A stretch of 63,227 nucleotides of DNA, the filler included, from Raillietiella orientalis (taxonomy: Eukaryota), in the NCBI GenBank assembly GCA_036172245.1. It is 8 parts of 8 records of this genome, joined end to end, with 100 filler letters (N's around TTAATTAATTAA, not from the genome) between each part and the next. Parts side by side here need not be neighbours in the genome. Positions count along the whole stretch, not along the records: positions 24,311 to 32,166 come from JAYWIR010000297.1; positions 32,267 to 40,119 come from JAYWIR010000298.1; 6 more parts are not named here. One strand, written 5' to 3'. Below, in pieces: positions 24,311 to 35,200 of this stretch. A program made the translations under genes and the position numbers. The notes under the pieces are model-generated. The model was not told where the DNA came from. It saw only the letters and a program-made list of their open reading frames with translations, and did no database searches. Each line of letters starts with the position of its first letter. Within the stretch, counting starts at the first letter, position 1.

Positions 24311-24851
24311 AGTCATGTGGACCACCACGGAGCGGTCCATAGATACTGGCAGGATCTTGCGGCCGTCTACGTTCAGCGGCGCATGGATAAGGCGGTGAGC
24401 CAAGGTGACATCTTCGCAGACCACCTCGACCCGCTTCCCGCCGCTGAGGACGGAGAGGCCGTCCAGATCCTTCTCTGTGACATTCGCGTCCTTCAACGCT
24501 TTGCTGAAGGCGCGCGCTGTCCGGCCGTCGAACAAGTTGCCTACCTGGTACACAAGCGAAGGCTTGTACCCGTAGGCCTTGTATGCGGCCATCTCCGTCA
24601 TGGCTTCTGCGCTGGGCGCGGCCACCATGGCGCTCCATGTCCTCGGCGTGGCCGGGGATGATTCCGGGGCGGCTGCCCCTGCTCCAGTAGGCTGTGGGGG
24701 CGAACTAGCCTCCCCCACTCCCAGCTCCATCGCGGTGTCCTCTGGCGTCGTGGCCATTGGACACCGACGATGTACACAAAACACCACACAGAAGAAAAAG
24801 CGCTTTCCTACTACTCTTTGGGGAGTGAAGGAAAAACACGTCCTCCTACTG
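24311..24851 (-). mobile_element. 5' end and ORF1 start of another Tx1-type element nested in the ORF1 of the upstream copy
   Basis: The 5' motif GGACGTGTTTTT at ~24833-24844 is followed by MATTPEDTAM...YKAYGYKPSLVYQVG, homologous to the other ORF1 N-termini. Confidence 0.8.
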
Positions 24852-26207
24852 GCCTTGGAGGGTTCTGGCTGCAACGAGGCTGCCAGCTCCTCCGCGGCTC
24901 GCGCGAAGGCTACGTCATCGATGGTGGTGTCGATGACGGACGCCGCCGCCGGCTCGCTCCCCTCGCTGCTGACAGTGTCAACAGAGGGGAGGTCGTCGGT
25001 AGCAGCGAGTTCTTTCCGGCAGCGTTCGGCAACATCGAGAACGCGTTCGACAACGACGCTCCACTCTTTAATTATCGCGCTACCCTGCTCTTTCTTCTTC
25101 TGTTGGTAGGCGATTTTCTTTTCCATCCTCCTCTCGTTCTTTGATTTTTTGGCCGTTGCCACTTGCCACCCAGTCTCCTGGCCGGCTCCCTCAACTTTTT
25201 TGGCGTTGGTCGCCGGGGTCTCGGGTGCGGCCTGGGTCTTGGGCGCGGGTGGCACAGCCTTCGCGGCAGCTTTCGCCGCCAGCCTTTTCTGCAGAAGCCG
25301 GGCGCGTTTTTTAAGGTTTCTCTTGGAAACCACCCGCACTGCTGCTTTTGGGCACACCTCCCTGGTGTGACCCATTGTGCCGCATACTTGACACTGCACG
25401 TTGGGACACCTCTTTTTGAGGTGGCCCGACGTATTGCAGAAGCCGCAGTATTTCGGCTTCCCCACATACCAGAGGTCGACGGTTTCGTCTTCGACCACCT
25501 GTTTGTGGGGAAGAGTGCAGCCCTCCCGAACGGTCAAGCGCGCAGCCGTGAGGCTGTGTTGCAGCCCCGTGTAGTCCTCGAAAGGACTAACTTTCGTCCA
25601 CTGCGCGTGGACCGTTCCAAATTGTTCTAGCGAGGCGCGAAGCTGTTCCTTGCGCATCCGCGCGGTGACACCTAACAGGTGGACCATCATGCTGCGGTCC
25701 GCCGTAATAGGGAGGAGCCTGCGCTTTTCCATCACCACGGGGGTTTTAAGCAGTCGTTGGGCCAGCTCTGCTTGTTTGCAGATGACCTCAACGTACTGAC
25801 CCCCTCTGTGGGTGGTCATAGCGCTGAGCTCCTTGTCTTTCACATCGAGCGCTCGCATGCCCTTCGAGAAGGCGCACGCGCTCTCTAAAGAATATAAATT
25901 GCCTACCTTGTAGAACAATGAGGGTTTGTACCCCTCCTCTACATAGATAGACAATTCCGCCGCGGCTGCAGGCGATGGCGCCGACACAACGGCGCTGCAC
26001 GCCCTCGCTGCAGCGGGGACCGATTCTGTGGGGGCGGATGCTTCCACCTCCATCGCCTCTGGGGACGACGTTGCCGCTGCCCCCTGGCCATCCCTGGTGG
26101 TCGCGTCAAGCATCGCTGCCTGATCGACCACCGAATCACACGACGCTAGCACTAGGGGAGACTTCCTGGCACGAGGAGCACCGAGAAAACACGTCCACCC
26201 TGGGGCA
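24852..26207 (-). mobile_element. Family I element, 5' UTR and ORF1 (two zinc knuckles), truncated by the nested element
   Basis: High nucleotide similarity to 8551-9500. Knuckles are CGFCNTSGHLKKRC and CQVCGTMGHTREVC. The 5' end abuts the KAFD codons of an opposite-strand RT. Confidence 0.9.
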
Positions 26208-26290
26208 CGCAAGGCGTTCGACAGCGTCAACAAAAATCTCGTGCTGGAGCTTCCTGAACGCTTGGGCTTCCCGTCTTCATTAGTGTCCTT
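26208..26290 (+). pseudogene. Short host RT remnant starting at RKAFD (family I type)
   Basis: Reads RKAFDSVNKNLVLELPERLGFPSSLV, matching DLRKALDSVDQNLLLELLERLGFPSSLV at ~27101-27185. Confidence 0.8.
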
Positions 26291-26479
26291 GGAAAAGGGA
26301 GCGTTTGTTCTCTCCTTCTTGGTGCAGTTTCCCCTACCTGCGTGTATTAAGGAGCGCAACAATCCTCTTCTCCTCCAATATCCACCGTGGCGTCCTCAGG
26401 CAGTCCTGCCATGAAATAACGGCGATTCACCACTCAAAAGAACACTAAAGAAAAGCTTCGCAAACTGGTGCGGCAAAAG

Positions 26480-29208
26480 CGCAAAGACAACACGTTTGCA
26501 CGCCTCCCGCACGCGGCAGCATCTCCCTAGAGGGATATCTCACAACTCTTATTTTGAAATGCGCTCCAGCTATCATGGAGGAGGACAAGAAGTCCTTCGA
26601 CGAGCCTTTCACGATGGGCGGGATCATCTCGGCCATTGGGAAGCTCAACAGGAGCAAGGCTCCATAAGAGGACGGCCTGTCCGAGGAGTTTTATCAAACT
26701 TTCGTTACTGAGCTTACACCCCTGGTACATCATCTCACCTTCCTGATACGCGAGACAGGTGACGTTCCCGCTTCGTTTTTCTTGGCTAAGTTGCGGCTCC
26801 CGAAGGAACGAGATCAGAGGAGCATGTGAAACTGGCATCCCATCACAATAGTGAATCCGGATGCTAAGGTGAGAGCTAAGGTTTAAGCTGAACGCTTGTT
26901 ACGCGTTGCAAACGCCTTCATCAGCTCGGAACAGACATATGCTCTTCCCTAGCTAAGCATGGAAGGCGAACCTGATCCACGCTTCCACCTGGTTAGAGCT
27001 CCAACAAGGAATGGGCTTATTGAGTAACCGGTATTCCGGTGCGTCCGTCGCTTGGAGTTATGATGGTCGGGTGGGGGAAGGATCTTCTGCGGTCCCTCTC
27101 GACTTGCGCAAAGCATTAGACAGCGTCGACCAGAATCTCTTGCTGGAACTCCTGGAACGCTTGGGCTTCCCGTCTTCGTTAGTGGCCTATCTGCGCTCCA
27201 GCTGGCGCGACGCGTTGATGAACCTTTCTTTCAGCGGGCAGACTGCGCACGGCGTGCCGGTGCGGCGTGGGATACGGCAGTGAGACAGCCTAAGCCCCTT
27301 GCTGTTCAGAACCTACATTGAATTGGTACGGTGAGCGAACAGAGAAACTTTGGGGTACCTTCCTCAACTATGGCGGTTCGCCTGCGATGTCAGCATTCGC
27401 GGACTACCTACTGTTACTGATCCCTATGTTCAACTTAGCATCAGCGATCGAGGATTGCTTCGACCTTCTGAGTCTGGGAACTGGGCTTATGTTGAACGGG
27501 CAAAGTTATCCTTGATGCCAGTTGGTGTGACGTGGCATTGCAACAGGACTGGGTCCGTTTGGGGATCACCACTGTTCGGATCTTCAAGTACTTTGTTGTA
27601 CCGATGGGGAATTATCTCTCTTCGGATGCGTTTTCCAGATACCTTCAGGAGGTAGAGAAGGCAATCGACCCGTTCCAAGGCCGCAGGTTTTTCCTGCCGG
27701 AAAGGGCCGCGGTGTTGAACGCGTTGGCGGTCCTTCTTTTGAGTTGCCTACCTTTTCTTTGTTCTTCCACTACAGAGAGAAAAATGCGGACGAAGGACTT
27801 CCTCTAAATTGCCCAGTGGGGTAGGAGTATGGTCCGAGTTCAGATTGTACACTTGAGTGCTCCGCATAGAGAGGGCGTTCTCGGCCTCCGGACGATGAAG
27901 CGGCTGGAGAGCCAGCTACAGTTCCCATTACTCGCACTAGTGACGAAGTATTATAGCAACATCTCTTGCGAGCTGGCACGTCTCCTCGTCAAACAGGCCA
28001 CCGGCAAGGTGGAACTGTCATCCTACCTTAGGCTCTATCGTCGCTGCCAAGTCGCCCACTGCGCTTTGCAGCTTTGGAGAATGGCCGAATTGATGAGAAT
28101 GATCGCGGGATGGCTCTTCTCTCGCCCCGTTAATGGATCTGCATGACTGCAGAAAACTGTTTACATTTGGGCGAAGAGCAACGAACAACGCACATAAATA
28201 GATCGCAGGCAATTGTTTGCACGTAACGACCACTTAACGTTACGGGAGAACCTGGAGATCCCCAAAAAACAAGCATGGGCAAGGAAAACCCTCCTCGCTG
28301 CAATATTGTCTTCCCACTTGCATCATCTTTACAGCAACACTACGGCGTGATGGAAAGTGGTCGCTCAAGTCTTCGGCACGGAGAAACAGATCAAGAAAAG
28401 GAAAACGGGTTTTCTATGTGATACTGAGGCCCGGATTACCACTACTATTGGACTTTTGAGCTGCAGCGAGCTGCTGGAAGTTTCGCCGGAGCAACTGAAG
28501 TGGTCCCTTGTGCTGATGAACCACTCCCACCCTCCCATTAGAATAGCAGGGGTCGGCATTACTGTTGCTGCTTTGGGGACTCCCTTGCATCTCCTGCTGG
28601 CACCACTGAATCTGGGGAGCGGTGAACTCTTATTGTGTGAGGTGTGGAGAACGGGTTTCCCTCCTTATGGATTGCGTTGCGCTTCGGCCCCTTTGGAACC
28701 GCTCCTCCGCGTCAATCGCAATCCACTGTGGCAATCCCAGAGACGCAGTTAGGTTCCTCTTCATTTGCAACGCCCTTCGGCCTGCGACCTTGTTAGCAGC
28801 TATGTGCTGCTTTCGAGGTATCGTCGCTGCTTGGAGCAAGGCAACGGCAGAACAACGCGATAACCTTGTCGTCCAATGCAGAGCCGAATTCATGAGCACG
28901 GCGACAAGATGGACACATTTGGTTAGCCTAATCAAAGAGCAGCTTGCTGTCATTCTAGAGGGGATGTAAAGGCCCCACAGAGACTGTAATCCGTTCCCGT
29001 GTCCTCCAGAAGTAGGTTTCATGTTTTTTTTTATGTTTTCTTATATCATTTTGTTTTTGCCAGCCCTCTCTTTTACCGTGGTGGAACCTACTGGAGTGCG
29101 AACCGGTGACGCGGTAGGCTTAGTGCTGTTTACTTGTGCGTGGATGGACCACCAGTAAAGCCACTGGTTCTCCTTTTATTCAAAAGAATAACCCGCGAAA
29201 CCGAATGA
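26480..29208 (+). mobile_element. Family I element, degenerate ORF2 (RT domain 0 to 3' UTR)
   Basis: Remnants include KAP*EDGL, WHPI, EQTYA, DLRKALD, GIRQ*DSLSP, AFADYL, FKYF and CVRCGERV. The 3' UTR resembles 1700-1919. Confidence 0.85.
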
Positions 29209-29214
29209 GAAGCG

Positions 29215-30590
29215 AACGTGAGCGCGCGTGTGTTTACTTTGTTCGTGCGCTTGTTATGCTTTTTTTCCTTTTCTGGTGTCCCTATGGATTCGGTGGTGGC
29301 TTGGCAGCAATGCCTGAGGTCACCACTAGTTACACCATGCGTGTGACGCCTAAGTCTCCCTCAGAATAAATGGATGTGGGGCAACTGCCCCACAGAAGCT
29401 TCACTCGCTTTAGCGAAAAGCTGGAGTTCCGTGGCTGCGTCGTCATCGCTAGCGGCTGTGGCTGATTTGAGCGTCCACCTGGAAGAATACATTCCCTTGC
29501 TGGTCTACAAGGTAGGCAATCTATATACCCCGTAGATTGCGCGCATTTTCTCCAAAACGATGCACTTTCTGAAAGTTCCAGAGAAGCTGCTGCTTGCAAT
29601 GTCCATCAGGAACTCTGAACCGTACGTGGAGTGATTTGCAAGGAAGGAATTCTTGCCCAGCGTCTGTTTCGGATACCAGTTCTATTCGGAAATCGCCGGT
29701 TTCGCCTTATTACGAAGGATAGTTCCGTCGTGATCTACCTCATACGTATAAACTTTCGGATGGTGAAAGAGGTTGTCCGAAAACAATTTTAAAATTTGGC
29801 ACCATCCACGCGTTGTGCAAAAGCCCACTCCATTTTTGGAATACAGCCGGTTCTTATGCGGACTGGCTGCCACCCCGATAACGGCCTGCGATCGCTGTTC
29901 CATAAGTAAGAAGCATGAGGTCTACGGCGAGTCCTTTGACATTTGGTATGTTGGCAAGCCACATTACTGCGGGAATTGCAGCACTTCGGAACACCTGAAA
30001 GAAGGTGTACCCACGTGCATTGCAAGCATTGCTATCACCCCGGGCACACTCGTCCGATGTGCACGCAAAATCTAGTTCTCGTCGCATCCGCACGGCATGG
30101 GAAGAAGCACGAGGCAAAGAGATTAAGAATTGTAGCAGCACGAGATTCCGCTTAAAACGAAAATTCCACTCTCAGTGTAGAGGTCAGCTCTGAGACCATA
30201 TAGTTAAACAGTGATGAGGTTGAAGAGAAGGAAGAGGAGCCTGGGAGATAGGTAGTTCAGTACAAGTGGCTAAAAAACTGAAAGGAAAGAAAGTAAAAGC
30301 ATATCGCGAGACAGCGAGGATTTGCTGCAACGCGAAAAACCAAACCATGCTCCGTGGTCATCGAACGAATTTCTGCGGTCGAACAGAGCGTCAAAGATAA
30401 ACTCTTCGCTGCCCACTCTCAGCCCTCGGGTTGTATGATCACGGAGGTATAAACCCGGCGGTAGCGTCCGTCATCGCGCACATACTTTATGAAGTCTATT
30501 TTAAGCGAGCGGCAAATGAGCACGCTGCGTCATTGCAACGATCCCCCTTGGCCGCGAAAAAGCCTCAAGGCGTCCGACCTCGTTAAAGAA
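29215..30590 (+). pseudogene. Highly degenerate ORF1 of a further element, head-to-tail after the previous one
   Basis: Remnants WYVGKPHYCGNCSTSEHLK and CKHCYHPGHTRPMC. Confidence 0.7.
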
Positions 30591-30599
30591 GTCGGAAGT

Positions 30600-31900
30600 T
30601 TCCGACTCCGACGCGGAGGTGGAATATAAAGTCTGCGGGATCCCAGTCTCCTTCCTGAAGCCCTACCGCATGACCAAGACTACCCGGAAAATTATTTCCT
30701 CCATCGAAAGGGGAGGGATATTTGCAAAACCTTTCGTATGTCGCTCTCTTGGCCGTGCAGTTCGGCCTTGAGTTCTTCCGACGACTGCTGGAATGTGGCC
30801 TCCTCCATCTCATCCAGCGCATCTCGCGGCTCCCTCTGTTTCCTCAGAAGATTTGCGTGCGATCGTCGCGGCATCGTCGGATAGAAGTGGGCAATCTCTG
30901 CCTCGGTGGTACATCGGTTGTCTCTACACACTAAGGCCACCAATCGTTGATGGAGATTTTCGCGGAGCCTTTCTTTGACGCGACGCCTTTTTGCCCTTTC
31001 TCGGAGCCTTTTTTGGAATTTCTATAGTCCTCACCAATTGCCGTCGCTCACTCGCACCAGTTCCGTCGGTACGTCTCTCCCTTTGGAAGCGTTTGCCTGC
31101 TGGTTTGAGGATCCGGCATTCGCCTTTATACTTTTTTCATACTGGGTTTGTTTTTCAGTTTTCAGGCGTGTTTCGCCTTGTGCTTCTCGAGCAGATGCGG
31201 GTACTGGTGTTTTCCTCGTGGAACATGCAATTTGCATGGGACCGTTTTCTCTGCAAACGCAGCATTCGCTTTCCCCGCTCCGTATCACCAGATGTCCCGG
31301 AGTTTCGCAATGCCCGCAGTATTTGGGCTTCCCATGCACCAGACATCCACCGACTCGCTTTCGAACTTGATTTTGTGGGGAAGCTATTTATTTTCCCCAC
31401 CCGTGATGCGCGCGGTTGCCAGCTCGCTGAAGAGCCAACCGAACTGTTCCAGTGCGTTCGGCTTGGTTAATAACGCGTATAGGGTGCCCAATTCCTGCGA
31501 TTTCTCGTGCACTGTCTCTATTTTCATTTGAAGGGTGAATCCCTTTACGTGCAACACCATTGACTGATCTTGTAAAGAGGGTAAGACCTTGCGACTGTTG
31601 ATCACGATCGGGTCCTTAACAAGCTCCGAGCCAGACCAGGCTTGCTTCTTGACAGATCAGCTCGATGCGGCGACTCTCACTCAGAAATGCCATTTCTTCA
31701 AGGTCTTCCTCCTTCACGTAAAGTCTCCGGAATTCCCTCGCGATCGCACGCGAGATATTCCCTTGCAATACGCAGCTTACCTCATATTTGAGGCTCGGCT
31801 TATAGACCTGTTCCTGATAGGTGGCTGATTCCCCTAGAGCTTCCTCGGATATTATTCAAACCACGCTGCTCCTGCTCCTCGCCTTCCGCGAAGAGGGCCT
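30600..31900 (-). pseudogene. Degenerate ORF1 of another Tx1-type element
   Basis: Remnants YKPSLKYEV, KVLPSLQDQSMVLHVKG and GKPKYCGHCETPGHL. Confidence 0.7.
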
Positions 31901-32166
31901 CAAAGAAGCGGCTGCCAGGATGCAGGCACATGGAGGAGGAGTGGAGAGACCGTCGTCCCCCATGGAAGCCATGGAGGTAACGTGCGGCAACGGCGAGGCG
32001 GTGGCAGGCATGCCAAGGATCGCGCCCGCGGCGGGCTTTGCTGCGCCGGCGGCGGCGATGCCAAGGGTCGTGCCCGCGGCGACGACGGCGGAGGTCGTGC
32101 CCGCGGCGGCGACGCCGAGGATCGTGCCCGCGGCGGGGAAGGTCGCGCCTGCGGCGGCGATGCCGA
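31900..32166 (+). pseudogene. Family IV ORF1 N-terminal Ala/Pro repeat fragment
   Basis: MPRIAPAAGFAAPAAAMPRVVPAATTAEVVPAAATPR is nearly identical to the segments at 49500-49690 and 55200-55390. Confidence 0.8.
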
Positions 32167-32266
32167 NNNNNNNNNNNNNNNNNNNNNNNNNNNNNNNNNN
32201 NNNNNNNNNNTTAATTAATTAANNNNNNNNNNNNNNNNNNNNNNNNNNNNNNNNNNNNNNNNNNNN

Positions 32267-35200
32267 GTTTGTAATCAATTCGAAATCAGCACATGACACC
32301 TTTGCACTTTTGCGCCTCTCCCCGAAGCGTCCATTTGCAGCGAGCGGGAAATTCGTGGCATGGATAGCTGCACATACGTCCATTTGACTGGGTTCAGAAG
32401 AACATTGAGATGAGTGCGTCCTTTCCTTAGGGTGGGGCACTTTGGACTCTGTTTCGTTTTCATGGTTACCAGTGTCGGAATTAGAAAGGGAAGGTTTCGT
32501 AAATTTGATTCATTATGTGGACCGAATTTGGACGTTTGAAGGTTTGTAATCAATTCGAAATCAGCACATGACATCTTTGCACTTTTGGGCCTCCCCTCGA
32601 AGCGTCCATTTGCAGCGAGCGGGAAATTCGTGGCATGGATAGCTGCACATACGTCCATTTGACTGGGTTCAGAAGAATATTGAGATGAGTGCGTCCTTTC
32701 CTTAGGGTAGGGCACTTTGGTCTCTGTTTCGTTTTCATGGTTACCAGTGTCGGAATTAGAAAGAGAAGGTTTTTCTTCACTTTGATTCATAATGTGGACC
32801 GAAGTTGGACGTTTAAGGGTTTGTAATCAACTCGAAATCAGTAGATGACACCTTTGAACTTTTGCTCCTCTCCCCGAAGCGTCCATGTGCAGCGAGTGGC
32901 AAACTCGTGGCATGGATAGCTGCACATACGTACATTTGACTGGCTTCAGAAGAACATTGAGATGAGCGCGTCCTTTCCTTAGGGTGGGGCACATTGGTCT
33001 CTGTTTGGTTTTCATGGGTACCAGTGTCGGAATTAGAAAGGGAAGGTTTTTCTTCACTTTGATTCATTATGTGGACCGAATTTGGACGTTTAAGGGTTTT
33101 TATCAATTCGATATCAGCAGATGACACCTTTGCACTTTTGCGCCTCCCCTTGAAGCGTCCATTTGCAGTGAGTTGAAAATTACCGTCATGGATACCCGCA
33201 CAAACGTGCATTTGACTGGATTCAGAAGAACATTGAGAAGAGTGCGTCCTTTCCTTAGGGTGGGGCACTTTGGACTCTGTTTCGTTTTCATGGTTACCAG
33301 TGTGGGAATTAGAAAGGGAATGCTTTCCGTCAATTTGATTCATTATGTGGACCGAATTTGGACGTTTAAGGGTTTGTAATCAATTCGAAATCAGCAGATG
33401 ACCCCTTTGCACTTTTGAGCCTCTAACCGAAGCGTCCATTTGCAGTGAGTTGCAAATTAGCGTCATGGATAGCCGCACATACGTCCAGTTGACTGGGTTC
33501 AGAAGAACATTGAGATGAGTGCGTGCTTTCCTTAGGGTGGGGCACTTTGGTCTCTGTTTCGTTTTCATGGTCACCAGTGTCGGAATCAGAAAGGGAAGGT
33601 TTTCCTTCACTTTGATTCATTATATGGACCGAATTTGGACGTTTAAGGGTTTGTAATCAATTCGAAATCAGCAGATGACCCCTTTGCACTTTTGAGCCTC
33701 TAACCGAAGCGTCCATTTGCAGTGAGTTGCAAATTAGCGTCATGGATAGCCGCACATACGTCCAGTTGACTGGGTTCAGAAGAACATTGAGATGAGTGCG
33801 TGCTTTCCTTAGGGTGGGGCACTTTGGTCTCTGTTTCGTTTTCATGGTCACCAGTGTCGGAATCAGAAAGGGAAGGTTTTCCTTCACTTTGATTCATTAT
33901 ATGGACCGAATTTGGACGTTTAAGGGTTTGTAATCAATTCGAAATCAGCAGATGACCCCTTTGCACTTTTGAGCCTCTAACCGAAGCGTCCATTTGCAGT
34001 GAGTTGCAAATTAGCGTCATGGATAGCCGCACATACGTCCAGTTGACTGGGTTCAGAAGAACATTGAGATGAGTGCGTCCTTTCCTTAGGGTGGGGCAGT
34101 TTGGACTCTGTTTCGTTTTCATGGTCACCAGTGTCGCAATTAGAAAGGGAAGGTATTCTTTCCATTTGATCCATTATATGGACCGAATTTGGACATTTAA
34201 GGGTTTGTAATGAATTCGAAATCAGCAGATGACACCCTTGCACCTTTGCGCCTCTCCCCGAAGCGTCCATTTGCAGTGAGTTGCAAATTAGCGTCATGGA
34301 TAGCCGCACATACGTCCAGTTGACTGGGTTCAGAAGAACATTGAGATGAGTGCGTCCTTTCCTTAGGGTGGGGCAGTTTGGACTCTGTTTCGTTTTCATG
34401 GTCACCAGTGTCGCAATTAGAAAGGGAAGGTATTCTTTCAATTTGATTCATTATATGGACCGAATTTGGACATTTAAGGGTTTGTAATGAATTCGAAATC
34501 AGCAGATGACACCCTTGCACCTTTGCGCCTCTCCCCGAAGCGTCCATTTGCAGTGAGTTGCAAATTAGCGTCATGGATACCCGCACAAACTTCCATTTGA
34601 CTGGATTCAGAAGAACATTGAGATGAGTGCGTCCTTTCCTTAGGGTGGGGCACTTTGGACTCTGTTTCGTTTTCATGGTTACCAGTGTCAGAATTAGAAA
34701 GGGAATTTTTTCCGTCAATTTGATTCATTATGTGGACCGAATTTGGAGGTTCAAGGGTTTGTAATCAATTCGAAATCAGCAGATGACACCTTTGCACTTT
34801 TGCGCCTCTCCCCGAAGCGTACATTTGCAGCGAGCGGGAAATTCGTGGCATGGATAGCTGCACATACGTCCATTTGACTGGATTCAGAAAACCTTGAGAT
34901 GAGTGCGTCCTTTCCTTAGGGTGGGGCACTTTGGTCTCTGTTTCGTTTTCATGGTCACCAGTGTCGGAATTAGAAAGGGAAGGTTTTCCTTCACTTTGAT
35001 TCATTATATGGACCGAATTGGGACGTTTAAGGGTTTGTAATCTATTCGAAATCAGCACATGACACCTTTGCACTTTTGCGCCTCTCCCCGAAGCGTCCAT
35101 TTGCAGGGAACGGCAAATTCGTGGCATGGATAGCTGCACATACGTCCATTTGACTGGATTCAGAAAACCTTGAGATGAGTGCGTCCTTTCCTTAGGGTGG

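Noticed and set aside
24263..26362. 699-aa ORF as a single gene
   Set aside because: It is a chimera of an antisense RT remnant, family I 5' UTR/ORF1 and a nested element's ORF1.
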